From assembly GCA_038230375.1 (NCBI GenBank), contig JBBRNJ010000002.1, positions 64,001 to 128,000 on the forward strand: DNA of 64,000 bases. The letters run 5' to 3'. The position numbers and the translations under genes were made by a program. This stretch comes from Polyangiales bacterium. GTDB taxonomy: Bacteria; Myxococcota_A; Polyangia; Polyangiales; Polyangiaceae. Under the pieces are notes generated by a model that searched no databases, was not told the DNA's origin, and saw nothing but the letters and a program-made list of their open reading frames with translations. Of the stretch, positions 47,360 through 57,110 are shown piece after piece. The first letter of the stretch is position 1. Each line of letters begins with the position of its first letter.

Positions 47360-48252
47360 GCGACGTCATGCTGGTCACCGGAGGCGCGGGCTTCATCGGA
47401 AGTCACATCGCGGAGCGCCTGGTCGCCGACGGCCACAAGGTCCGCGTCCTCGACAACCTCACGCAGGGGCGCCGCGAGTGGGTGCCCGCGAAGGCCGAGT
47501 TCATCGAGGGCGACATCACGGACGCCGCGCTCTGCAAGCGCATCTGCCTGGACGCCGTGGGCGTGTTCCACACCGCCGCCATGAGCAAGGTCGGCCCCTC
47601 GATCGACAAGATCGAGTTCTGCACGGAACAGAACGTGAACGGCACGCAGAACATGCTCATCGCCGCGCGCGACGCGAAGGTGAAGCGATTCGTGTATTGT
47701 GCATCTTCCACGTACTACGGAAACCGAGCCGCGCCGCAGCAGGAGGACATGCTGCCGGACTGCCTGAACCCGTACGCGCTCTCCAAGTATGTCGGCGAGC
47801 AGTACTGCGAGATGTTCTCGAAGCTCTACAAGCTGCCCACGCTCTGTCTGCGCTACTTCAACGTGTACGGACCGCGACAGCCCAGTGAGGGCGCTTATGC
47901 GCTCGTCCTGGGCGTGTTCCTGCGCCAGTCGCGCAAGGGCGAGCCGCTCACCATCCACGGCGCAGGCGACCAGCGGCGTGATTTTGTCCACGTGAGGGAC
48001 GTGGTCGAGGCAAACCTCGCGGCGTTCCGGAGCAGCGCGGAGGGCGTGTCGCTCAACGTGGGCTCCGGCGTGAACTACTCCGTGAAGGAGATCGCCGACA
48101 TGATCTCGAAGAACCAGGTGCACGGTCCGCGTCGCGCCGGGGACGCCGAGATCACGCTGGCGGACCTGACGCGCATCAAGAAGGTGCTCGCCTGGGAGGC
48201 GAAGGTGCCGTTCGCGAACGGCGTCCGCGAGCTCATGGAAGAGAAGAGCTAG
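47356..48252 (+). CDS. NAD-dependent nucleotide-sugar epimerase/dehydratase
   Basis: TGGAGFIGS, YALSK, RYFNVYGPRQ, RDFVHV.DV. Confidence 0.93.
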   Translation: MSDVMLVTGGAGFIGSHIAERLVADGHKVRVLDNLTQGRREWVPAKAEFIEGDITDAALCKRICLDAVGVFHTAAMSKVGPSIDKIEFCTEQNVNGTQNMLIAARDAKVKRFVYCASSTYYGNRAAPQQEDMLPDCLNPYALSKYVGEQYCEMFSKLYKLPTLCLRYFNVYGPRQPSEGAYALVLGVFLRQSRKGEPLTIHGAGDQRRDFVHVRDVVEANLAAFRSSAEGVSLNVGSGVNYSVKEIADMISKNQVHGPRRAGDAEITLADLTRIKKVLAWEAKVPFANGVRELMEEKS

Positions 48253-51122
48253 CCAGGCCCCGCGTCGCCCGCGCCGCCATCTGCGTTGCAGGCTGCGATC
48301 TCGGGGATGATCAGCACTGGCCGAAGGTCGTCGGCAGGCACGTCGGCCAGCGTGGCCATGGCCTTGCTGCATTCGTTCTCCGCTGCCAGCGTGATCGCCA
48401 CGCCCACCGTACCGTTCAGTCGCTGCAGCTCCTCATCGCCGGTGATCTCGCGTCGCGCATTCTGCCCGTCCGAGAGCACCTTGAGCGCGGCCTCGAAATG
48501 CGTGCGCGCCGGTGCGAAGTGCTTCTGTCCGAGCTCGGCCCAGCCCAGGCCCAGATGGCCCTCCAGGGGTGAGATCGGGAGCAGGCTCGTGAAGCGCTCG
48601 ATCGCGACGCTCGTGTCGCCGTTCTGGAGCGCGAACTGCGCGGACCGGAGCGCCAGCGTCGGGTGGTTCTCGGACCGCGAGGCCCGTGTCATGTAGTCCT
48701 TGCCGCGGCTCACGTTCCGCAGCGACATCTCGTACTCGGCGCGGTACGCGTCCACCTGGCCGCGGTTCGCCTCGAGCTCCTGCATCACGCGCTCGGGATC
48801 CGCGTTGTCGGGCACGCCGTCATCCTCGATTGGGCCGAACATGGCCTGGCCACGCGTCTTCCCACGCGCGGCATACGTCAGCGAAATGCGGAAGCGGATG
48901 GCAGGCACGTTCAGCAGCGGCAAGCGATCCTGTCGCAAGGCGCCGGGGTACACGTTCGGCGCGAACTTGTCCTTGAGCGCGCCGAGATCAAGCTCGAACG
49001 TGGACCACGCGCCGCGCGTCCCGGGGATGACCACGTAGCGCGATCCTTCCGCGAGTCGGCCTTCGCCAGGCTCACCGCCCAGCAGCGCGAAGACGCGCTC
49101 CGAGCCGATGTACAGCATGACGCCGTACCGCTCGTCGAAGGCCGGGGCGCGGTTCGAGTCGGGAGGAGGGAAGGCGGAGATGCGCACGCGGCCGCGGTAG
49201 AACGCGCCCTCGAGCGATACCTGGATGACGTGGTCCTGCGCGGTGGCATCGCCTTGTCGCGTGCGTGGTCCGGCCGTGGCCGCGGCAAAGCAGGTGGGCA
49301 AGATGGTGCAGAACTGGTGCCTGCGCGCCTCCGCAGTTTGTTCGTCCGGATCCAGCGACAGCACGATCCCCGCGTGGTCGTCGTTGACGGCCGCGAATGC
49401 GCCAGGGCTTCCGTCCTCCGTCACGAACCAGAAGGTGGGCACGCCGTTCGCGAGGTCCCAGTAGCGGAAGGTAGGATTGGGGATCGCATCAGGCGCGCGT
49501 TGCGACTTGTCCGCGCGGATGACAACGGTGCTGCGGGCGTCAGAGCCGATGTCCGTGACAGTGACGCGGGCGCCCGAGATGGCATCGAACTCGGAGGAGC
49601 GATGGAGCGCCGAGATCGAGAACACGTCGGCCGCGCCCGGTGGAAGCTCGTGCGGGCCCTTGTCGATGCGCCACGGCAGCGGCTGGAAGTTCAGTCCCTG
49701 CACCCAGAAGCGCGGCGACACCGTACGGCCGGTGTTGTTGGTGAGCTTCACGTCCAGGCGAATGGCGCGCTCGTCCATCGTGCGGATGGGGTTCTGGATG
49801 ACCATCCCCAGATCGTCGGCGTGCGCCCTTCCGAAGGCGATGCCGAAGACGATGAGCGCACACGCGGCAGCGGCAAAAGCCAGCACGCGTCGTCGCGGAA
49901 ATGGCAGCGACGGGAGCTCCTTCGGTGGATTCGAGACGAGGTCGATCGCAAAGGGAAAGAAATTGAAGAACCAGTAGGAGGAGAGGCTCCGGTAGTTGAA
50001 GAAGAACGCAATGCTCGGCGCGATCCAGATCAGGTTCTTGTAGCGACGCTCCCTGGCGATCACGGCAATGAGCGCCACGTACACGCCCCAGAAGGCGACC
50101 GCGAACGCCCATTTCGGGAGGGACAGGCCGGACTGGAAGACGAACGCCGAGGGACCACCACCGAACGGCACCATGTCCCTCAGGAGTGACTCCACGATGC
50201 CGCCGACCCAATCAGCCGGGCCCCAGAGCACGAATGGCAGATTGAACGCGATCGCGACGGCGGCCGTCACACCGAAGAAGCGCGCCACGGTCCGTCTGCG
50301 TTCTTCTCTGGGGCACTCGTGCCAGAGGCGCACCAGGATGAATGGCGCGATGAGCCATGCGTGCTGCTTGCACGCACACGCCAGACCGAAGAAGAGCGCC
50401 GGTGCCCACTTCCGTCCCCACGTCGCGACGACGGCGCAGAGGAACAGCGCCCAGATCGAGTCCGTCACGCCGCCGAGCGCGAAGCCAAGGAAGTCCGGGT
50501 TCGCAACGAACGGCAGAAGGACGATTGCGCGGAGAGCCTTTGGCGTCCGGAAGTACAGAATGCCCACACACCCGATCAGCGCGGCCGCGTAGACGAAGCG
50601 CGAATCCACGTGGAGCGCAACGAACGGCACGAGGACGAGGAATGACAGGCTCGGATACGCGAGCTTGTCGGACAGCCCGCCGTCACGCAGCGGCGTCTGG
50701 AGATCGCTCGGCAGATGATGGAGCGAGTACGCGCCGTAGAGCGACTCCGCGTACGGATTGCGGCCGCGGATGAGGATGCGTGCTGCGTTGTCCATGAAGG
50801 CGTGGGCGTCCGTGAGCCAGCCATACGGCGTGCGCGCGCGCACCAGCGCATCAGCGACCGAGTACGAGACAACGAAGAACGCGAAGAAGGCGAACGCTGC
50901 ACGACCTCGGAACGCGAACGAGGCGCGGCTGGAGACGCTCATCACCATGGCGCAGATTCCGAGCCCGTACCCGGTCACGTAGAGGGCGATGGCGGCCGCG
51001 CTGTCTCGTGGAAGGCCCAGCTGCTCGATGTTGAGCGCGTACTTCCAGGAGAGCGCACCGAAGACGAGCCACAGCAGACGGCCGTAGATCTCGCCGGGCG
51101 CTTTCGCCGTCGTGTCGTCCAC
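48249..51122 (-). CDS. Large GT87-like GT-C membrane protein with soluble beta-rich region and C-terminal TPR-like repeats
   Basis: TD.HAF...A..L..GRNPY, YP, G.TD, KQ..W; many TM segments in the N-terminal half; GLGWAEL...A..HF..AL at the C-terminus. Confidence 0.72.
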   Translation of the reverse strand: MDDTTAKAPGEIYGRLLWLVFGALSWKYALNIEQLGLPRDSAAAIALYVTGYGLGICAMVMSVSSRASFAFRGRAAFAFFAFFVVSYSVADALVRARTPYGWLTDAHAFMDNAARILIRGRNPYAESLYGAYSLHHLPSDLQTPLRDGGLSDKLAYPSLSFLVLVPFVALHVDSRFVYAAALIGCVGILYFRTPKALRAIVLLPFVANPDFLGFALGGVTDSIWALFLCAVVATWGRKWAPALFFGLACACKQHAWLIAPFILVRLWHECPREERRRTVARFFGVTAAVAIAFNLPFVLWGPADWVGGIVESLLRDMVPFGGGPSAFVFQSGLSLPKWAFAVAFWGVYVALIAVIARERRYKNLIWIAPSIAFFFNYRSLSSYWFFNFFPFAIDLVSNPPKELPSLPFPRRRVLAFAAAACALIVFGIAFGRAHADDLGMVIQNPIRTMDERAIRLDVKLTNNTGRTVSPRFWVQGLNFQPLPWRIDKGPHELPPGAADVFSISALHRSSEFDAISGARVTVTDIGSDARSTVVIRADKSQRAPDAIPNPTFRYWDLANGVPTFWFVTEDGSPGAFAAVNDDHAGIVLSLDPDEQTAEARRHQFCTILPTCFAAATAGPRTRQGDATAQDHVIQVSLEGAFYRGRVRISAFPPPDSNRAPAFDERYGVMLYIGSERVFALLGGEPGEGRLAEGSRYVVIPGTRGAWSTFELDLGALKDKFAPNVYPGALRQDRLPLLNVPAIRFRISLTYAARGKTRGQAMFGPIEDDGVPDNADPERVMQELEANRGQVDAYRAEYEMSLRNVSRGKDYMTRASRSENHPTLALRSAQFALQNGDTSVAIERFTSLLPISPLEGHLGLGWAELGQKHFAPARTHFEAALKVLSDGQNARREITGDEELQRLNGTVGVAITLAAENECSKAMATLADVPADDLRPVLIIPEIAACNADGGAGDAGPG

Positions 51123-51153
51123 TAGCGCCTTCGGAGCGACGGGAAGAACGGCT

Positions 51154-52293
51154 TCACTTGTTCTTCCTGGACAGGTGCTGCTTCACGGCGTTCTGGATCG
51201 CGCCGCTCACGTCGCGGCTCTTTTCCAGCTTCTTCAGGTCCGACTCACGCATGAACGAAACCAGACGCGAGCCGAACACGAACGGCGTACGCGGGTTCGA
51301 GACGAGGTTCAGCTTGATCTGGTACGCGCGCGTCCAGTCGCGGTCGCTCGCGATGATCCGGAGCACGTCCTCGGACGTGTTGCGGTTCGCGCTGATGCGC
51401 GTGACCTCGTTCTCGTTCATGCCGGGCGCCTTGATGGCGGCCTCGCGGACGATGGGGTTCGCATCGCGGATGGCGAGCATGCGATCCTTGGAGTCGCCCA
51501 GGAGCGCACGGCGCACCTTTGCGCTGGTGTTCAGCTCCTGGAAGGTGAGCACACGCTGGACCTGGGTGTCCTTGATCTTCTCCTCGCCGGTCTCCTCGTC
51601 GATCTCGTGCGTGTCCTCGTCATTGGTCTTGTCGGTCGCGGCGATCTCTTCGGCCTTCGCGAATGCAACGTCGTCGTAGGTGCGCTCCTCGCTCGGCTCG
51701 GCGATGAGCTCGCCCTGGATCGCGGCGACGGCCTGCGCGAAGCCTGGGATGTTGAGCGTCATGTTGTTGCGCGCGGCGAGCTCGATCATGCGATCGGCGG
51801 TGCTCATGCGCGTCGCCTTGTTCATGTACAGGTTCTCGATGATCTCGCCGCAGCGGAGCAAGCGCTCCTCGTTCGTGGAGATGAGCTCCGCGACGGCCTC
51901 GCTTGCGTGCTTCGCGAGCTCCGCGACCGTGAGGTCGTGAAGGCGCGGGTGCATGATCACACGCTGAGCGATCTCCGGATTCTTCGCGTAGAAGGGGGCG
52001 ATCGCGTGCAGGGCGCCGGGGTGCAGGTCCGACGCCAGCGCGCCGTTCAGCACGGGCATCGGCAGCTTCTCGAGCGAGGCGCGTGCCGTCGCTGCGAGTG
52101 GGTCGTTCCCGAGAGAGAGCACCACACAGACGGACAGGGCTTCGTTCGGCTTCAGACCGGGCGCGATCGCCCTCGCGGCCAGGTTGCGCAGCGGCGGCGG
52201 GCCTGCCGGGTCAAGCAGCTTCTGGGCGACCGCCGACAACGTGGTGACGTCGATCGTGAACAGGTCAGGAGGTGATGCTTGGGGGTCGGACAT
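51154..52293 (-). CDS. Conserved hypothetical helical-repeat protein
   Basis: Strong codon bias; repeated LYMNKAT / LVSNPRTP type motifs; no function recognised. Confidence 0.75.
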   Translation of the reverse strand: MSDPQASPPDLFTIDVTTLSAVAQKLLDPAGPPPLRNLAARAIAPGLKPNEALSVCVVLSLGNDPLAATARASLEKLPMPVLNGALASDLHPGALHAIAPFYAKNPEIAQRVIMHPRLHDLTVAELAKHASEAVAELISTNEERLLRCGEIIENLYMNKATRMSTADRMIELAARNNMTLNIPGFAQAVAAIQGELIAEPSEERTYDDVAFAKAEEIAATDKTNDEDTHEIDEETGEEKIKDTQVQRVLTFQELNTSAKVRRALLGDSKDRMLAIRDANPIVREAAIKAPGMNENEVTRISANRNTSEDVLRIIASDRDWTRAYQIKLNLVSNPRTPFVFGSRLVSFMRESDLKKLEKSRDVSGAIQNAVKQHLSRKNK

Positions 52294-52459
52294 GGGCCAA
52301 CACCTACTTATCGTGTTTTCGGGGGCCAGACCCGGAGAAAAAAGCGCTTCCGAGGGGGCGAAACGTGGTTACTCTGGACACGTTGCGTTGTCTGCATCGC
52401 GTGCAGGCAACACGTGGGTGAGTCGATCTAGCCAGGTCACTGGAGCAAGCGAGCAAGCG

Positions 52460-53773
52460 ATGGGAGTAGTGAACTTCATCCAGAACGGCGTCCGCGAAAT
52501 GATGATCGCGCGGCCCGATCCGTACAAGCAGCTCATCATCTACAAGCATCCAAACCAGAACATCCCGATGTACTCGCAGCTCACCGTCGACATGGACGAG
52601 TGCGCGGTGTTCTTCAGGGACGGACGGCTCGGCGGTGCTGGTGGCCCGCAGACGGCGATCTTCCCGCCGGGGCGCCACACGCTGCAGACGCAGAACCTCC
52701 CCATCCTGAACCAGTTCGTACAGGGCTTCACCGGCGGCAACGTCTTCATCGCGGAGGTGTTCTTCATCAAGACCACGCCGGTCCGCGGCGTGACCATGGG
52801 CGGCACCGTCGGCGAGTTCGAGGACCCGAAGACCAACATCCAGGTGCCGCTGCGCATCTTCGGTGAGTTCTCCGTCGTGGTCACGGACCCGGCGCGCTTC
52901 ATCATCGACTACGCGGGTCAGGCCGGTCAGGGCGACAACGAGAGCGTCCTCAAGATCGTGCGCGACAAGTTCATGATGAGCGTGTCCACCGTCATGAGCG
53001 AGCTGTGCGAGGCCGACACGAAGGGCCTCATGAGCGTGCTCAACAAGCGCGAGCAGCTCGCCCAGGCGTTCATCGCCCGCGCGCCGAGCCTGAACGACAT
53101 CGGCGTGCGCATCCTCGAAGTCACGCGCATCGAGCCGAACGTCCCGGACGAGTTCCTCGAGGAGCTGCGTGAGGCCCAGCGCGAGCTCGCCGAGGCGAAG
53201 CGCGAGGTGAAGAAGAAGCAGATCGCGATCGAAGGCGCGGCCGCGGATGCCGCCGCCAAGCAGTACGAGCTCGATCAGAAGTACGGCCAGGACGCACGCT
53301 ACGTGCAGAACCTCGCGGGCAGCTATCAGGGCTTCGCCGCGGGGCAGGCCATGATGGGCGCGGGGCAGGGCATGGCCGAGCATGGCGTCGGCGGCGGCAT
53401 CGCTGGCGCCGGGATGCAGATGGCCGTGGGCATGAACATGGGCAACGCCATGGCCGGAGGCCTGATGGGGGGTGCGGCTCCTGGCGCGGGCGGTGCTCCT
53501 GGTGCGGGCGGCGGCGCCGGTCCGCAGTTCAGTCCGGGTGGTGTGCTCGTGATCTGCACGCAGTGCCAGGCCAAGCAGCCCGGCGGGAAGTTCTGCGCGG
53601 AGTGCGGCACGCCGCTCGCGCAGCCCAAGAAGTACTGCATCGGCTGCGGCGCGGAGCTCTTGCCCGCGGCGAAATTCTGCGCAGGGTGCGGCTCCCGCGC
53701 GGGCGCGCCTGCTGGCGGGCCCATCAGCGGCGCTGGTCCCGCTGGCCCTGCTGGCCCTGCTCCCGGCGGTTGA
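52460..53773 (+). CDS. SPFH (band-7) domain protein with Gly-rich linker and double zinc ribbon
   Basis: SQLTV...E.AVF..DG, PGRHTL.T.NLP, FGEFS; CTQC, CAECG, CIGCG, CAGCG. Confidence 0.85.
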   Translation: MGVVNFIQNGVREMMIARPDPYKQLIIYKHPNQNIPMYSQLTVDMDECAVFFRDGRLGGAGGPQTAIFPPGRHTLQTQNLPILNQFVQGFTGGNVFIAEVFFIKTTPVRGVTMGGTVGEFEDPKTNIQVPLRIFGEFSVVVTDPARFIIDYAGQAGQGDNESVLKIVRDKFMMSVSTVMSELCEADTKGLMSVLNKREQLAQAFIARAPSLNDIGVRILEVTRIEPNVPDEFLEELREAQRELAEAKREVKKKQIAIEGAAADAAAKQYELDQKYGQDARYVQNLAGSYQGFAAGQAMMGAGQGMAEHGVGGGIAGAGMQMAVGMNMGNAMAGGLMGGAAPGAGGAPGAGGGAGPQFSPGGVLVICTQCQAKQPGGKFCAECGTPLAQPKKYCIGCGAELLPAAKFCAGCGSRAGAPAGGPISGAGPAGPAGPAPGG

Positions 53774-53783
53774 CGGATAGACC

Positions 53784-56060
53784 TTGGCCAAGCAGCGAAT
53801 CCTGCTCGTAGACGCCGATCCTCGGAGCGTCCGTGTCCTCGAAGTGAGCCTGCGTCAGGCAGGCTACAACGTGACCACGGCGACCGAAGGAGAGGCTGCG
53901 CTCGACATGGTCTCGCACCAGCAGCCCGATCTCGTCATCTGCGATACCCGGCTGCCCAAGATGGACGGCTATGCGTTCGTGCGCGCGCTGAAGAAGCAGC
54001 CGGACACGCGCACGATCCCGGTCGTGTTCCTCGCGAATCAGAAGAGCGTCGAGGACAAGATCCGCGGGCTCGAGCTGGGTGTGGAGGACTACCTCACGAA
54101 GCCCATCTTCGTGCGCGAGCTGCTCGCACGCGTGTCGCTCATCTTCGCACGTCGAACGCAAGAGAGCATGGCGCGCGTGCAGCTCGGGGGCGGCAAGACG
54201 CACTTCGTCGGCACCATCCGCGAGATCACAGTCATCGATCTCCTGCAGACGTTCGAGGTCTCGCGCAAGAGCGGCACCATTCACCTGCAGAACGGCAAGC
54301 ACTCGGCGCACATCTACTTCCGCGACGGCAAGGCCATCGACGCCGAGGTCGGGCTCCTGCGCGGCGAAGAGGCGGTCTATCGCGTGCTCGTCTGGAGCGA
54401 CGCCGACTTCGAGGTCGACTTCGACACACCCCAGAACGAGGACATCGTCGTGGGCTCCACGCAGGCCGTGCTGATGGAGGGCATGCGCCGCGTCGACGAA
54501 TGGGGCCGCGTGTCGGAGGAGCTCCCGCCGCTGGAGACAGTGCTGGAGCTCGACAACGAGCTGCTCGTCCAGCGCCTGTCGGAGATCCCCGACGAGCTGA
54601 ACGGCATCCTGCGGCTCTTCGATGGCAGGCGAACGATCCTCGAGATCGTGGACGAGTCACCCTTCGAGGACATCTCCACGCTCTCCACGATCGCAAAGCT
54701 CTTCTTCGAGGGGCTGCTCACGAAGACGAAGCAGCCCGTGCATGTGGAGGCGGTGGTCCCCTCCACGGAGACCTCCCAGGTAACCAGGTTGCCCACGGCG
54801 CCCATAGGGACGCCCGGCGATCCCGTGGTCCCCGAGTCCGAGCGTGATGTCGGGCTCGACAGCGCAGGTGACAGCGGGCGGGACAGCACGAGTGACAGCG
54901 GGCGCGCCACGCCAGAGCAGCCAGTGCCTTCGCGCACGCGCACCTCTTCGCCCGACGACAACCGTCCCTCGTTCACGAAGACGCTCGTCATGCCAACGGC
55001 CGCCTCCGTTCCGACAGTGCCCGTGCCCTCGGAGCCCGGCAAGGATGCGCGCCGGTCGGAGCCCGACGTCGTGCTGGGCTCGCCCGCGAACGCTGATCCA
55101 TTTGGCGCCACCGCCCGCGAACAAAAATACGTTCCGGCTGGCCAGAAGACCATGCCGATGGCGGTGGTCACGTTCCCGGAGGCGAAGGCGGTTTCAGGCG
55201 GTGACCTGTCGCCGCTTGCCGAGTCGAAGCGCGAAGGCAGCAACGCAGTCGTCGCGGAGGCGGCCACGGCGTCGCACGACTCCAATTCGAAGACCCCCTT
55301 TGCGAACCGCGTCGACGAAGAGCTCGTCTTCGAGAAGGCGCCACGGAGCCTCTCGTTCCATCCGCCGCCACCGACTTCGCACGATGACGTGACGGACCGC
55401 GACGCCAGGCCGAACAAGCCGGTGCGGACCGTCACGCACCATGATGACGAACCGGATGACCACGACCAGCCAAAGCCCACCGTCTCCGGCGCACGCACGG
55501 TCTGGATCGGCGCGATCGTGGTGGTGATGGTGGTGCTCGCGCTCATCCTGGGTCGCAGGCTGATCCGCGGCCAGTACGATACGAAGGAAGGCCTCACGGT
55601 CATGGAGGGCCATGGGACCGAGCCCTCCTCCACGCCACCCAACCTCACGAGTGCGGCTCCGCCGCCGCCAGCGAGCGCTCCCCCAGCCATGTTGGATCTG
55701 GATGACCCGGTGGACGCGGGCGGGCCGCCGGTCCGCAGCCCGACGGCCCCTATCGTGTTCGATGCAGGAAACGGCCGGGTGCTCGTGGTTCCACTTCATG
55801 GCCCCAACGCGCAGAACCGCGGCGACGCCATGAAGAGCAAGGCAGCACGCGACCTCGAAGGCGGCTTCTTCGTGCGCGCCGCGGACCTCGCGAAGCGCTC
55901 GACGGAGGAGACACCCGCCGACCCCGAGGGCTGGCTCATCCTCGGCGCCGCGTACCAGGCCATGGGCCGCGCCGATCTCGCCCGCAGCGCGTACCAGCAG
56001 TGCGTGGTGAAGGCCAGCGGTCCACGCTCGAGCGAGTGCCGCGCCCTCCTCGCGGAGTAG
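53784..56060 (+). CDS. Response regulator with DUF4388 domain, Pro-rich linker, TM helix and periplasmic TPR
   Basis: ILLVD, PDLVICD..LP.MDG, DYLTKP; DLLQ......[16 protein letters not shown] near 55500-55560; TTG start. Confidence 0.85.
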   Translation: MAKQRILLVDADPRSVRVLEVSLRQAGYNVTTATEGEAALDMVSHQQPDLVICDTRLPKMDGYAFVRALKKQPDTRTIPVVFLANQKSVEDKIRGLELGVEDYLTKPIFVRELLARVSLIFARRTQESMARVQLGGGKTHFVGTIREITVIDLLQTFEVSRKSGTIHLQNGKHSAHIYFRDGKAIDAEVGLLRGEEAVYRVLVWSDADFEVDFDTPQNEDIVVGSTQAVLMEGMRRVDEWGRVSEELPPLETVLELDNELLVQRLSEIPDELNGILRLFDGRRTILEIVDESPFEDISTLSTIAKLFFEGLLTKTKQPVHVEAVVPSTETSQVTRLPTAPIGTPGDPVVPESERDVGLDSAGDSGRDSTSDSGRATPEQPVPSRTRTSSPDDNRPSFTKTLVMPTAASVPTVPVPSEPGKDARRSEPDVVLGSPANADPFGATAREQKYVPAGQKTMPMAVVTFPEAKAVSGGDLSPLAESKREGSNAVVAEAATASHDSNSKTPFANRVDEELVFEKAPRSLSFHPPPPTSHDDVTDRDARPNKPVRTVTHHDDEPDDHDQPKPTVSGARTVWIGAIVVVMVVLALILGRRLIRGQYDTKEGLTVMEGHGTEPSSTPPNLTSAAPPPPASAPPAMLDLDDPVDAGGPPVRSPTAPIVFDAGNGRVLVVPLHGPNAQNRGDAMKSKAARDLEGGFFVRAADLAKRSTEETPADPEGWLILGAAYQAMGRADLARSAYQQCVVKASGPRSSECRALLAE

Positions 56061-56082
56061 CCGCGGAGTAGCCGCCGAGTAG
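56052..56082. repeat. 11-bp tandem repeat x3 at the response regulator stop
   Basis: GCGGAGTAGCC GCGGAGTAGCC GCCGAGTAG. Confidence 0.8.
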
Positions 56083-56102
56083 CGCTCGCTGTGGCGCCGC
56101 AG

Positions 56103-57110
56103 TCAGCGGCGACGTGTGCGCGGGTCGAGGATGCCGTACAGGCCGTCCGCCACCATGTTCGAGACGACGATCGCCGCGGACGTGATGATCACGCAGCCCT
56201 GCACGAGCGGCCCATCACGATCCAGGATTGCAGTCACGGACAGCGAGCCGAGTCCGGGCCATCGGAAGAGGCTCTCCGTCACGATGGCGCCACCGACCAG
56301 ACCGCCCAGGTCGAGCGCGATCAGCGTCACCAGCGGCAACGCGACGTTCGCGAGCGCGTGACGTACGACGCCGAGCTCCGATGCGCCCTTCGCGCGCGCC
56401 GTCCGCACGTAGTCGCGCAGTAGCTCCGCGCGCATCTCGTCCCGCACGACACGCGTGTAGTAGGCGGCGCCGAAGAGACCCAGGGTGAGCGCAGGCAGCA
56501 CGATGCATGTGGCGTGCTCCGCGAACGTCTTCCCGAAGCCGTCGAGCGGCAAGAGGTTCAGCCGGTACGCAAGCAACCACTGGAGAAACAAGCCCAGAAT
56601 GAACGTGGGCGCGCTCACGCCGAGCAGGCTTGCGGTGACGGTCGCGGTGTCGGCCGCAGACCCTCGTCGCTTGGCCGAGAACGCTCCGGCCGACACACCA
56701 AAGAGGACCTGCAGGAAGACCGCGACGACTGCGAGCGCGAGCGTGCGAGGCAGCCGTTCGCCCAGGATGGTGAGCACGGGCCTTCGCTGCTGGTAGCTCT
56801 TGCCCAGATCCACGTGGAGCGGACCGAGCGTGCCGCAGGTCTTGTGCGCGGCGTCCGTGTCGGGCAGCGAGCTCACATGCAGGAGCCGCGAGAGGAACAG
56901 GCCATAGCGGACGGTCGCAGGGCGATCGAGCCCGAGGTCCTTCTTGATGCGCGCGACGTCCTCCGGACGCGCCTGGGGACCTGCGACCATGCGCGCCGGA
57001 TCGCTCGGCAGCACGTTCGACGCAATGAACGACAGCGTGACGGCCGCCCACACGACGAACACCACGTACGCGAGCCGTCGGAGCGCAGCCTTCACCATGA
57101 CTACGGCCAC
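56103..57110 (-). CDS. Peptide/nickel ABC transporter permease (DppB/OppB type)
   Basis: DPA, GLDRP...RY, DLGKS, DYVRTARAKG, HAL.N, E..F.WPGLG, LDPR; alternative ATG at 57098. Confidence 0.92.
   Translation of the reverse strand: MAVVMVKAALRRLAYVVFVVWAAVTLSFIASNVLPSDPARMVAGPQARPEDVARIKKDLGLDRPATVRYGLFLSRLLHVSSLPDTDAAHKTCGTLGPLHVDLGKSYQQRRPVLTILGERLPRTLALAVVAVFLQVLFGVSAGAFSAKRRGSAADTATVTASLLGVSAPTFILGLFLQWLLAYRLNLLPLDGFGKTFAEHATCIVLPALTLGLFGAAYYTRVVRDEMRAELLRDYVRTARAKGASELGVVRHALANVALPLVTLIALDLGGLVGGAIVTESLFRWPGLGSLSVTAILDRDGPLVQGCVIITSAAIVVSNMVADGLYGILDPRTRRR

Noticed and set aside
15363..54311. Many long antisense or alternate-frame ORFs (e.g. 15363-17618, 37270-39765, 42521-45325, 52304-53791)
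   Set aside because: Arg/Ala/Gly-rich, motif-less shadows of well-supported genes
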